Shown here piece after piece: positions 15,009 to 21,829 of a stretch of 32,000 nt of DNA. A model generated the notes under the pieces. That model did not search any database, was not told the DNA's origin, and saw only the letters and a list, made by a program, of their open reading frames with translations. Made by a program: the position numbers and the translations under genes. Origin of the DNA: Candidatus Diapherotrites archaeon CG08_land_8_20_14_0_20_30_16 (GTDB taxonomy: Archaea; Iainarchaeota; Iainarchaeia; Iainarchaeales; 0-14-0-20-30-16); contig PEXK01000050.1 in assembly GCA_002779075.1 (NCBI GenBank), positions 65,784 to 97,783 on the forward strand, read 5' to 3'. Numbering within the stretch: position 1 is the stretch's first letter; each line of letters begins with the position of its first letter.

Positions 15009-15509
15009 CTACTTTTTAACCTCTTTCTTTCTAGTTTTTATGTCCTCTTTTTTAATTTCTGGTTTCTTTATTTCAGACTTTGTTTCTTGTGATTTATCTT
15101 TAGTTACTTCCTTTTTGCTTGTGTCTTCTTTTTTGTTTTCCTTGCTATCTTCCTTTTTATGTTCTTTGTCCTTTTCAGTTTTTTTGCTGCTTGTTTTCGT
15201 TTCATCTTTAACATCTCCTTTTTTACCAGATAATAATTCATCTTTTCTCTTTAAATCTTCTGGGGTGTCTAAAAATAAATATGTTTTATTATTTTTTTCA
15301 ACACCTACCAAAGAAATCTTACTTGGATTATTTACTCGTCCTTTGCTCCATACAAACTCATTTATTTGCATTGAAATAACACATTCTTTGTTTCTAAAAT
15401 GTTTTTTTAATTCTGCTCTCAAAACAGTCATTGCGTGTTTTGCTTTGTGATTAAAATTTGTTCCTTTGACATTAATTCCAATTGTAACTTTTTTCTCTTT
15501 ATTTTCCAT
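15009..15509 (-). CDS. rpl31e: Ribosomal protein L31e with an ~80-aa Lys/Glu/Asp-rich C-terminal tail
   Basis: The core KAKHAMTVLRAELKKHFRNKECVISMQINEFVWSKGRVNNPSKISL matches the L31e pattern (kA.k.ir.f..kh....v.id..lN..vW.rG...P.rirv). The stop of L39e abuts this ATG. Confidence 0.85.
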   Translation of the reverse strand: MENKEKKVTIGINVKGTNFNHKAKHAMTVLRAELKKHFRNKECVISMQINEFVWSKGRVNNPSKISLVGVEKNNKTYLFLDTPEDLKRKDELLSGKKGDVKDETKTSSKKTEKDKEHKKEDSKENKKEDTSKKEVTKDKSQETKSEIKKPEIKKEDIKTRKKEVKK

Positions 15510-15698
15510 TTAATCACCTTTATTATCAAATTCGTGACCAAATTCTGTTCTTTTCCATGTTCTTTTTGCTTTGGTATTGTAAAATCGCTTTCCTGCTTTT
15601 TGCATTATCCAAACAGGGGCACAGAAAATTCCTTTTCTAGTTTTCTTTCTTACAGTTCTCAAAAATGTTTTCTTTTCTGATGTCTTTTTAGATGACAT
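15510..15698 (-). CDS. rpl39e: Ribosomal protein L39e
   Basis: 62 aa and basic. ...KKTRKGIFCAPVWIMQKAGKRFYNTKAKRTWKRTEF matches the L39e pattern (PxWvxxKTxxxxxxxxxRRxWRRxKL). A GGAGGG Shine-Dalgarno-like motif lies 7 nt upstream. Confidence 0.8.
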   Translation of the reverse strand: MSSKKTSEKKTFLRTVRKKTRKGIFCAPVWIMQKAGKRFYNTKAKRTWKRTEFGHEFDNKGD

Positions 15699-15711
15699 AA
15701 ATACCCTCCAT

Positions 15712-15790
15712 TTATTTATGTAACTGTTGTAATTTCTAATTTTTAGAAGAAATTATCAACTGGAACATAGTTTCACTTCCTTTTAATATT
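15712..15790 (-). promoter_or_regulatory. Copy A of a repeated ~80-nt leader/promoter element with a conserved 8-9 bp hairpin, upstream of rpl39e
   Basis: It shares colinear blocks with 19250-19330: CTGTTGTAATTTCT (15724-15737) and AGAAATTATCAA (15748-15759), plus a partly conserved right-hand block. The hairpin is TAATTTCT (15730-15737) paired with AGAAATTA (15748-15755). Confidence 0.55.
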
Positions 15791-16060
15791 AAAATCTCTT
15801 GAATCTCTTGCCTGCAATAAAATCTGCTTCAATGTAGAATCATCAACAGGTAATTCTAATTTTCCTCGCTGTGCTGAATTAATTAAAAAATTTGCAACTT
15901 GCAAATATCTTTCAATATTAACTAATCTAACATTGTTTAATCTTTCACGCGCTTCTGGATCAAGAACTTTGTACAGAAGAAATTCTATTTTTTTCATCTG
16001 CTCAATATCAAGATTTGAAGAATCTTGATTTGCTTGCTGATTTTGTTCTTCAGACAACAT
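15773..16060 (-). CDS. PDCD5/TFAR19-like double-stranded DNA-binding protein
   Basis: 95 aa. ...VLDPEARERLNNVRLVNIERYLQVANFLINSAQRGKL..PVDDSTLKQIL matches the family pattern (iLtpeAreRL.ri.lv.Pe.a..ve..li.laq.G.i). Its position between S19e and L39e is the conserved archaeal one. Confidence 0.8.
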   Translation of the reverse strand: MLSEEQNQQANQDSSNLDIEQMKKIEFLLYKVLDPEARERLNNVRLVNIERYLQVANFLINSAQRGKLELPVDDSTLKQILLQARDSRDFNIKRK

Positions 16061-16061
16061 C

Positions 16062-16487
16062 TCACTTCTTGTTTTTTAATTCATTGCTAACTTGTTTTGC
16101 AAACTTGTCTAAATATGTTCGTCCTTTTGGAGTGATTTTTCTTCCTCTCTCGGTTTTTGCTAAAAAACCTTCTTTTTCCAAAGTCTGAACGCTCAGCCTT
16201 GCACATTTGCCAGAACCTTTTGCAAACTTAGCTGGTTTTGTACCACGTGCCTGTTTGCCCCCAAAATAGCCTCTTAAGATATTTACTCCCAAGGTCTGCT
16301 TTGTGTAGTACTTTCTTAGAGTTGCTGCTAATCTAATATACCACCAATCTGGATCTTCTGGTGCCCTTTCTCTTGATCTTCCGGTTTTTATAAAACTTGA
16401 AAAGCCAGGACCTTTTACTTTAGTTTTCAGGTCTTCAGCGGTCTTTGCCAACAATTTATCAGTTGGTACGTCATAAACACTAACCAT
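16062..16487 (-). CDS. rps19e: Ribosomal protein S19e
   Basis: I place the start at ATG 16487 (MVSVYDVPTDKLLAKTAEDLK...), preceded by GAGGAG 8 nt upstream. The upstream part of the track ORF (to 16589) is AT-rich non-coding read-through. The motif DPDWWYIRLAATLRKYY is S19e-typical. Confidence 0.88.
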   Translation of the reverse strand: MVSVYDVPTDKLLAKTAEDLKTKVKGPGFSSFIKTGRSRERAPEDPDWWYIRLAATLRKYYTKQTLGVNILRGYFGGKQARGTKPAKFAKGSGKCARLSVQTLEKEGFLAKTERGRKITPKGRTYLDKFAKQVSNELKNKK

Positions 16488-16670
16488 AAAATATCTCCTC
16501 AGTTTAAAATATGTAACTCTTTGCAACTTAGAATAAAATAAACTTATTATATAATTATAGAGTAAGGCTTTTAAAAGAATTACGTACATCTCGGCAAATC
16601 CTTTATAAACCTTATTGCCTTTATTTTATAGTTTGATTTTAAAGGAAAATTTATTTGTTTAGGTGAGAGA

Positions 16671-17069
16671 ATGTCGGATTTTAAATATGTTTCAGCAAAT
16701 TCCTGTAAAGAAGGAAGTATAATAGAAATTGAAGGCTTTCCCTGTAAAATCACTAGTGCCGAACATTCTAAACCAGGGAAACACGGTGCTGCAAAAATAA
16801 GATTTGTTGGTGTCGATGTTTTTTCTGACAGAAAATACAATTTGGTGGCAGCATCTGGCGATGAATTAAAAACTCCAATTATTGCAAGAGGTAATGCACA
16901 AGTTGTTGCTAATTTGGGTTCCACTTACCAATTGATGGATTTAACAACCTACGAAACATTTGAAGCACCAATACCAAAAGAACAAGATCTAGTATCAAAA
17001 ATAACTAATGGCTGCGAAGTTGAATACATTAGAGATGATGACAAAGTAAGAGTATTAAGAACCAAATAA
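16671..17069 (+). CDS. eif5a: Translation initiation factor 5A (aIF5A)
   Basis: 132 aa. The hypusination loop is SKPGKHGAAKIRFVGVDVF. Confidence 0.95.
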   Translation: MSDFKYVSANSCKEGSIIEIEGFPCKITSAEHSKPGKHGAAKIRFVGVDVFSDRKYNLVAASGDELKTPIIARGNAQVVANLGSTYQLMDLTTYETFEAPIPKEQDLVSKITNGCEVEYIRDDDKVRVLRTK

Positions 17070-17073
17070 TGTG

Positions 17074-17796
17074 TTAAGCACGCCAACCAAATAAATAAGC
17101 AGGGCCAAGTTTTATCCAACCTAAATAAGGAATATCAAACCAATATTTGGACAAAATATTCTCTTTTTGCAAAGCGTAAGGATACAGGCATTGAACTTTT
17201 ATTGTTCCTTGAGGTGTTTGTAATGCAAAATCACAATCTGCGTCTAAAACAAAATTAGTATTCTCGTTATCTCCTTTTGTTAAATAAAATGTGCCATCAT
17301 TTGCTTTTATGCCTAATACTGCTCTGTGAATTATTTCTTTCTTTTGCAAAGGCGAATAATATACAACAACATCACCTTGTTTGTTCAAATCAACAATTGC
17401 CCCAGAAACATTTAGATCTTTTATAATAAATTGATTGTTTTGTAGAGTGTAATTTACACTCAAATAGTTATTTAGGGGTTGGCCTTTGATATTTTTATCA
17501 ATTGTTATATATGTAGTATCGATCGTTTTAGGGCTGCCCAATACTGCAATATCTCCAATTTCCAAATAATGCTGCATTGAACCAGAAACAACAATCATTG
17601 CTGCTTGATGTCCACCCAAAATCAATGCAAGAATCTTCAAGATAATATATGCTAAAACAAATGCGTAAATTAAAAAAATTAAGAAGTTAAAATACTTATT
17701 AGTGATGTTATTTTTTTCTAAATATTTAACAAACAAGTCATAAGGATAAAATGGATCTAAATATTTCCAATTCCATTTAAATTTAGTTTTAGACAT
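17074..17796 (-). CDS. Signal peptidase I, archaeal/Sec11 (S26B) type
   Basis: An N-terminal TM anchor is followed by the boxes VVSGSMQHYLEIGDIAVL (Ser box), EIIHRAV (His box) and TKGDNENTN (GDN box). Confidence 0.78.
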   Translation of the reverse strand: MSKTKFKWNWKYLDPFYPYDLFVKYLEKNNITNKYFNFLIFLIYAFVLAYIILKILALILGGHQAAMIVVSGSMQHYLEIGDIAVLGSPKTIDTTYITIDKNIKGQPLNNYLSVNYTLQNNQFIIKDLNVSGAIVDLNKQGDVVVYYSPLQKKEIIHRAVLGIKANDGTFYLTKGDNENTNFVLDADCDFALQTPQGTIKVQCLYPYALQKENILSKYWFDIPYLGWIKLGPAYLFGWRA

Positions 17797-17811
17797 GCAA
17801 ACCTTCCAAAA

Positions 17812-18213
17812 TCAAAGATCTTTTTTTTGGTGTTTCTTTTTCTTTGGTTGTTCTTCTGTTTCTTTTTTAGGCTCTGATTTTATTTCTTCTTTTTCTTGAT
17901 TCCTCTTTACAAAAGAAGAACTGTGTAGATTGGTATCCTTAGGAATCTCTTTTAACATCCCTTCTTTAAAAGAGGTAATTTCTTTTTGTAATTCATCAAC
18001 ACTCTTTAGCAAAACTTCACGAGGATTTGCATTTTTTACAACCAAAATAAATTCTGCATCTTTGTCTTCAGGGTGCTTTAGCATGCCTGATGCCATTGTA
18101 ACTTCTTTATGAGTCAGCAACTGCTTTTTCAACATTCCAGGAATAGTGTATCTTGAATTATACATTTTGAATTTTATTTTATCTTTTGTTTCTTCAATTA
18201 TTTCAATCTTCAT
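17812..18213 (-). CDS. rpoL: DNA-directed RNA polymerase subunit L (Rpo11) with a Lys/Glu-rich C-terminal tail
   Basis: MKIEIIEETKDKIKFKM....YTIPGMLKKQLLTHKEVTMASGMLKHPEDKDAEFILVVKNANPREVLLKSVDEL follows the RpoL/Rpb11 pattern, with diverged HTLGN and AYxxxHP boxes. An ATGA overlap couples it to the upstream csl4, and that adjacency is conserved in archaea. Confidence 0.65.
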   Translation of the reverse strand: MKIEIIEETKDKIKFKMYNSRYTIPGMLKKQLLTHKEVTMASGMLKHPEDKDAEFILVVKNANPREVLLKSVDELQKEITSFKEGMLKEIPKDTNLHSSSFVKRNQEKEEIKSEPKKETEEQPKKKKHQKKDL

Positions 18214-18791
18214 TTATGCTCACCTTTGTAAATATAATCTTTTGCCAATTTTCTTGTTTCTATTCCTTTACATTTAGAACAGATCATAACAGAACAATCC
18301 TTTAATTTCACATCTTTGCCTTTCTCCAACAATTTTTCTCTACATTTACTACACAGGCCCAATAAAACTCCTAAAGCACCATCCTTCATAGTCAAAAGAT
18401 ATGCTCCTGGATCTTCATCTATAATCTGGGCTTTAATTAAATCTCCAATCTTTACTGCTTGTCTTGGGTTTTCTAAATATGATTGACTTAAATTTGCAAT
18501 AAAAATTACACCAGATGTTTTTGGTAAAGTTCTTTTCTTATCATCCTGACCTTTTACTTCTTGTATGTCAACCAAAACTACTTTTTCTTTTACATCTGTA
18601 ACTAAACCTATTACAGAATCACCAACTTGTGGTAAAACCAATTTCCCCAAAACAGATATCTCTTTTTTTTGTGGGTCTTTTTTCACTTTGCCAATTACGC
18701 TGGCTATAATATTTCCTTCTTCATCAACAACAGTGCCTTTTCCTGCCAAATATTCTTCTTCTTTTGCAATTATGTCTCCTATAAACACCAT
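18210..18791 (-). CDS. csl4: Exosome complex RNA-binding subunit Csl4
   Basis: 193 aa. It has an N-terminal beta domain, a central S1-like fold (PQVGDSVIGLVTDVKEKVVLVDI) and a C-terminal zinc ribbon (CSKC...n...CSKC). Confidence 0.78.
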   Translation of the reverse strand: MVFIGDIIAKEEEYLAGKGTVVDEEGNIIASVIGKVKKDPQKKEISVLGKLVLPQVGDSVIGLVTDVKEKVVLVDIQEVKGQDDKKRTLPKTSGVIFIANLSQSYLENPRQAVKIGDLIKAQIIDEDPGAYLLTMKDGALGVLLGLCSKCREKLLEKGKDVKLKDCSVMICSKCKGIETRKLAKDYIYKGEHK

Positions 18792-18813
18792 AAACCCACC
18801 TATATCAATTAAC

Positions 18814-19077
18814 CTATATTAAAGTTGTTGCTAAATTATTTATTGACGATACCCCCTCAATGCCATTTAAATAATCTTCAACATTATCTGATACTCCATC
18901 TGTTTTATCTGGAACAATTATTGCAACTCTAATTGCTTCAGTGCCAAAAACAAAAGGCACTCTTTTAACCTCTTGCAATCTGCCAACAGATATGTTCCTT
19001 ACTTCCTTTTCTACTTTACCTAAAAAATCTTGATCTTCAACAGTAACATCATAAACTAATAATATATCGCCCATCAA
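18814..19077 (-). CDS. ef1b: Translation elongation factor aEF-1 beta
   Basis: 87 aa. MGDILLVYDVTVEDQD...VPFVFGTEAIRVAIIVPDKTDG...IEGVSSINNLATTLI matches the aEF-1beta pattern (MGDV...kV.Pe....le.l...i......EPIAFGL.al.v.v.v.D.eG.....e..l..ieGV.s.ev..v.r). Confidence 0.85.
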   Translation of the reverse strand: MMGDILLVYDVTVEDQDFLGKVEKEVRNISVGRLQEVKRVPFVFGTEAIRVAIIVPDKTDGVSDNVEDYLNGIEGVSSINNLATTLI

Positions 19078-19083
19078 AATTCC

Positions 19084-19233
19084 TCATATTCCTTTAAAAT
19101 CACACTTAGGACATTGATAATTGATTTCCTGTTGCCTACATTTAGCACATCTAACAATTTCAGCACCACATTTAGGGCACTTAAATTTCACATACTTATC
19201 ACTATCTTTTTTACAACTAACACAAATAACCAT
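19084..19233 (-). CDS. Small four-CxxC zinc-ribbon protein (COG2888/DUF1610-like); not in the ORF track because it is under 60 aa
   Basis: The reverse strand reads ATG 19233 to TGA 19084 and gives [49 protein letters not shown] (49 aa). GAGGAG lies 7-8 nt upstream. It sits directly upstream of aEF-1beta, which is the conserved neighbourhood for this family. Confidence 0.75.
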   Translation of the reverse strand: MVICVSCKKDSDKYVKFKCPKCGAEIVRCAKCRQQEINYQCPKCDFKGI

Positions 19234-19249
19234 AAATATCTCCTCATAT

Positions 19250-19330
19250 TATTTGTGGTTCCTGTTGTAATTTCTTGATTTGTTTGAAAGAAATTATCAA
19301 TTGAACCATAAATTCACCTTTATTAAAAAC
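19250..19330 (-). promoter_or_regulatory. Copy B of the repeated leader/promoter element, upstream of the Zn-ribbon / aEF-1beta / csl4 / rpoL operon
   Basis: CTGTTGTAATTTCT at 19262-19275 and AGAAATTATCAA at 19289-19300. The hairpin is TAATTTCTT (19268-19276) paired with AAGAAATTA (19288-19296). It lies 34 nt from the ATG, versus 31 nt for copy A. Confidence 0.55.
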
Positions 19331-19407
19331 TAGCAATAATATTAGTAATTTTATTATATATTAAGGGTTACTAAGGTTTTTATACCTTTCTAGGACTAAT
19401 TGTTATT

Positions 19408-19480
19408 GGGGCTATGAGGTAATTGGATAACCTGGCGGGCTTCGGACCCGCTCATCTGGATTCGAGTTCCAGTAGCCCTA
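19408..19480 (+). tRNA. tRNA-Arg (anticodon UCG)
   Basis: Acceptor GGGGCTA / TAGCCCT with G1.U72. D arm AGGT-AATTGGATA-ACCT. Anticodon arm GCGGG-CTTCGGA-CCCGC. 4-nt variable region TCAT. T arm CTGGA-TTCGAGT-TCCAG. Discriminator A. Total length 73 nt. A TATA-like ggtttttatac lies about 25-30 nt upstream. Confidence 0.85.
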
Positions 19481-19560
19481 TCACCAGGGGTTTCGCAAAG
19501 AAAGCGTAGTGCTATAAATAGCACAATAATTTTATTATATTATTTTGAAAAGGGAAATAA

Positions 19561-20217
19561 ATGGAAACAGATAAACAAAAAACATTAAAGGACTTTTTTG
19601 AGCTAATTGAAAAACCGACATGGCAAATTGTTTTACATAATATGTTACAAAGATACGGCGTGCAAGTTTGGGATATTGATGTTTCTCTGCTTTTAGAAAA
19701 ACTTCTTGAAGATGCGTATAAAAAAGAAAATCTAAAACATGCATCACTTATTGTTTTAATCTGCAGTATTTTATTAAAATCAAAATCAAGAAGAATTGGA
19801 TTGCATGAACTTGGACAAAATATAAAAGAAGATTTAAAAGAATTAGAAGAATCAAAAGAAACTGATGAGCTGGAAACAATAATGCAAGATCCTAATATAT
19901 TGGAAAGATACAACGATCTTTTGGAATTAGAACAAAAATTAATGCGATTATTTTATAGAAAAGAAAAAACAGTTACTGAGAAAACAATAAAAGAGTTTCA
20001 ATATGCTGTTAGAATAGAGAGCTATTTTCAATTAAAAAATAAATTGTTGAGCTTTTTTGCGGAAAATTCAGAGGTTACTTTTTCTGATTTGAAAACTAAA
20101 ATACAAACAAATAATTCTTTGTTAATGGGTTTGCTTTTATTGAATGCAGAAAACAAAATTCAATTAAAACAAAAAAAGCCATATGACGAAATAGTAATTA
20201 AAAAAATAGAAATTTAG
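19561..20217 (+). CDS. scpA: Segregation and condensation protein A (ScpA / kleisin-like)
   Basis: 218 aa. The N-terminal FFELIEKPTWQIVLHNMLQRYGVQVWDIDVSLLLEKLL...ASLIVLICSILLKSKSRRI matches the ScpA pattern (dPWdIdi..L...Y..yi.....l...ge.l.mAa.Ll.iKS..Ll). No SMC or ScpB gene is present in the window. Confidence 0.55.
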   Translation: METDKQKTLKDFFELIEKPTWQIVLHNMLQRYGVQVWDIDVSLLLEKLLEDAYKKENLKHASLIVLICSILLKSKSRRIGLHELGQNIKEDLKELEESKETDELETIMQDPNILERYNDLLELEQKLMRLFYRKEKTVTEKTIKEFQYAVRIESYFQLKNKLLSFFAENSEVTFSDLKTKIQTNNSLLMGLLLLNAENKIQLKQKKPYDEIVIKKIEI

Positions 20218-20239
20218 ATTTTTCTTTCTTTTTTGGTGA

Positions 20240-20313
20240 TGACCTCTGTGGGATTCGAACCCACGACACTCGGGTTAAAAGCCCGATGCTCTACCAGGCT
20301 GAGCTAAGAGGCC
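20240..20313 (-). tRNA. tRNA-Lys (anticodon UUU)
   Basis: The reverse complement reads GGCCTCT-TA-GCTC-AGCCTGGTA-GAGC-A-TCGGG-CTTTTAA-CCCGA-GTGTC-GTGGG-TTCGAAT-CCCAC-AGAGGTC-A. Length is 74 nt with one G.U pair in the acceptor stem. CCA is not encoded directly after the discriminator. Confidence 0.88.
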
Positions 20314-20405
20314 ACACAAAAAGGTTTTAAAAAATAAGTAAACACTTATTATATACTATTTATATATTTAGTAAGAGAAAACCTTTATAAACCTAGTGTG
20401 ATGAT

Positions 20406-21335
20406 ATGTTTTTGCCACCTACATTCTTATCGAAAATGGAAAAACTACTTCCAAAAGACGAAATTGAAGATTTAAAAACAGCTATTGACACCCATTTGAG
20501 AAAAAGCATTAGAGTAAATACTTTAAGAGGAGAAATAAAAGAAGTAAAGGAATCTCTAATTAATCAAGGTTTCACTTTAGAGAATATGCCTTGGTACAAA
20601 TATGGTTTTTTTATATCTAATGACAAAAAACTGAGAATTGGAAACACTTTTGAACACTATTTAGGAAAAATCTACGTACAAGAAGCAAGTTCGATGTTGC
20701 CTGTAATTGCTTTAGATCCAAAAGAGGATGATTTTATTTTAGATTTAGCAGCAGCACCAGGTTCAAAAACAACGCAATTAGCAATGCATATGAATAATAC
20801 GGGATTAATAGTTGCAAACGAACCACAAATCCAAAGAATAAGCGCATTACAAGAAAATATAGATAGGTCTGGATGTATAAATTATATTATAACTAGAAAC
20901 GATGGAAGAAAATTTTCACAATTCAAAGATATGTTTGATAAGGTACTTTTAGATGCTCCATGTTCTGGAGAAGGCACTTTTCAAAAAGATATTAAAGCAA
21001 GATATATTTGGTCGCAAAATAAAGTAATACAAGATTCAAGATTGCAAAAACAATTAATTGAAAGTGCAATAATTGCCTGTAAACCTGGCGGCACAATAAT
21101 TTATTCTACCTGTACTTTATCCCCTGAAGAAGATGAAGAAATAATAGATTATGCATTAAATAAATACAACAATATAAAATTAGGAAAAATAACTTTTGAC
21201 GGATTACAAACAAGTTCAGGAAACATAGAATATAATGGAAAAGAATATAATAAAGAAATTAAAAAAGTGATTAAAGTATGGCCTCACAAAGCAAAGATAG
21301 AAGGGTTTTTCATAGCCAAGATTATCAAGAAATAA
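20406..21335 (+). CDS. RsmF/NOL1/NOP2/Sun-family RNA cytosine-C5 methyltransferase, catalytic part
   Basis: DLAAAPGSKTTQLA is the SAM motif I. LLDAPCSGEGT and YSTCTLSPEEDEE carry the two catalytic Cys motifs. It ends ...WPHKAKIEGFFIAKIIKK*, the sequence that normally precedes the RsmF C-terminal domains. Confidence 0.85.
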   Translation: MFLPPTFLSKMEKLLPKDEIEDLKTAIDTHLRKSIRVNTLRGEIKEVKESLINQGFTLENMPWYKYGFFISNDKKLRIGNTFEHYLGKIYVQEASSMLPVIALDPKEDDFILDLAAAPGSKTTQLAMHMNNTGLIVANEPQIQRISALQENIDRSGCINYIITRNDGRKFSQFKDMFDKVLLDAPCSGEGTFQKDIKARYIWSQNKVIQDSRLQKQLIESAIIACKPGGTIIYSTCTLSPEEDEEIIDYALNKYNNIKLGKITFDGLQTSSGNIEYNGKEYNKEIKKVIKVWPHKAKIEGFFIAKIIKK

Positions 21336-21829
21336 AAGAATATGAAGAACTCAACGGAAAACAAAAAAAGATTTTCATAAAATACTTATCAGAAGTTTAC
21401 GGCATAGATCAAACCTTTATGTGCGAGTTTGTTTTTTTAAAAAGAGGCAAAGATATTTGGATAACTACAAAAGCTACAAAAAACATTCTTGGCTTTTCAC
21501 GCTCTTTGAAAATAAATTCAATTGGCATGCGGGCAATAAGAAATGCTTTTGATGTCCCAAAAATAACAACGAATTTTGCAATTCTTTTAAATAACAAAAT
21601 AACAAAAAATTATTACAACATAACTGAAAAAGAGTTAGAGAATTATACTCATGGTTATGACATCGATATAACTGATGGGCAAAAATACAAAAACTATTTA
21701 ATATTAAAATACAATAATGATGTGTTTGGCGTAGGTGTAATAATAGAAAATAAAATTAAAAATCAAATACCAAAAGGCAGAGTTCTTAAAAATTCTTTAA
21801 CAGAAATAGAAGATGTTGATGACGATTAA
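21278..21829 (+). CDS. RsmF-type C-terminal (PUA-like) domains, in the -1 frame relative to the methyltransferase ORF; probably the same gene split by a 1-nt frameshift
   Basis: From about 21332 the frame reads IKEYEELNGKQKKIF...IWITTKATKNIL...INSIGMRAIRN...NITEKELENYTHGYDI...YLILKYNNDVFGVGVIIENKIKNQIPKGRVL. This parallels the E. coli RsmF C-terminal region as I recall it. The only in-frame ATG (21278) lies 58 nt inside the upstream ORF. Confidence 0.6.
   Translation: MASQSKDRRVFHSQDYQEIKEYEELNGKQKKIFIKYLSEVYGIDQTFMCEFVFLKRGKDIWITTKATKNILGFSRSLKINSIGMRAIRNAFDVPKITTNFAILLNNKITKNYYNITEKELENYTHGYDIDITDGQKYKNYLILKYNNDVFGVGVIIENKIKNQIPKGRVLKNSLTEIEDVDDD

Noticed and set aside
15040-15450. Long ORFs antisense to real genes: 1477-1674, 3453-3635, 3777-4007, 5500-5733, 8165-8389, 12689-13117, 13433-13762, 14744-14953, 15040-15450, 15435-15680, 16580-16924, 17930-18112, 18565-18822, 19512-19913, 24476-24709, 24956-25420, 25248-25517, 25982-26164, 26841-27059, 27584-27841, 28722-28955, 28977-29159, 29529-29735, 30673-30918, 30978-31163
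   Set aside because: Each lies fully inside a gene on the opposite strand (or in a shifted frame of one) that has strong family motifs. Their translations are low-complexity Ser/Phe/Leu/Ile-rich strings, as expected from the antisense of Lys/Glu/Asn-rich AT-biased coding sequence.
19243-19560. A replication origin at the point where gene orientation switches from mostly minus (3.7-19.2 kb) to plus (19.5-22.6 kb)
   Set aside because: No cdc6/orc1 gene, no ORB-like inverted repeat pairs and no extended AT-only unwinding element could be identified. Orientation switches again at 22.7 kb and 26.7 kb. The region is adequately explained by divergent promoters plus tRNA-Arg.
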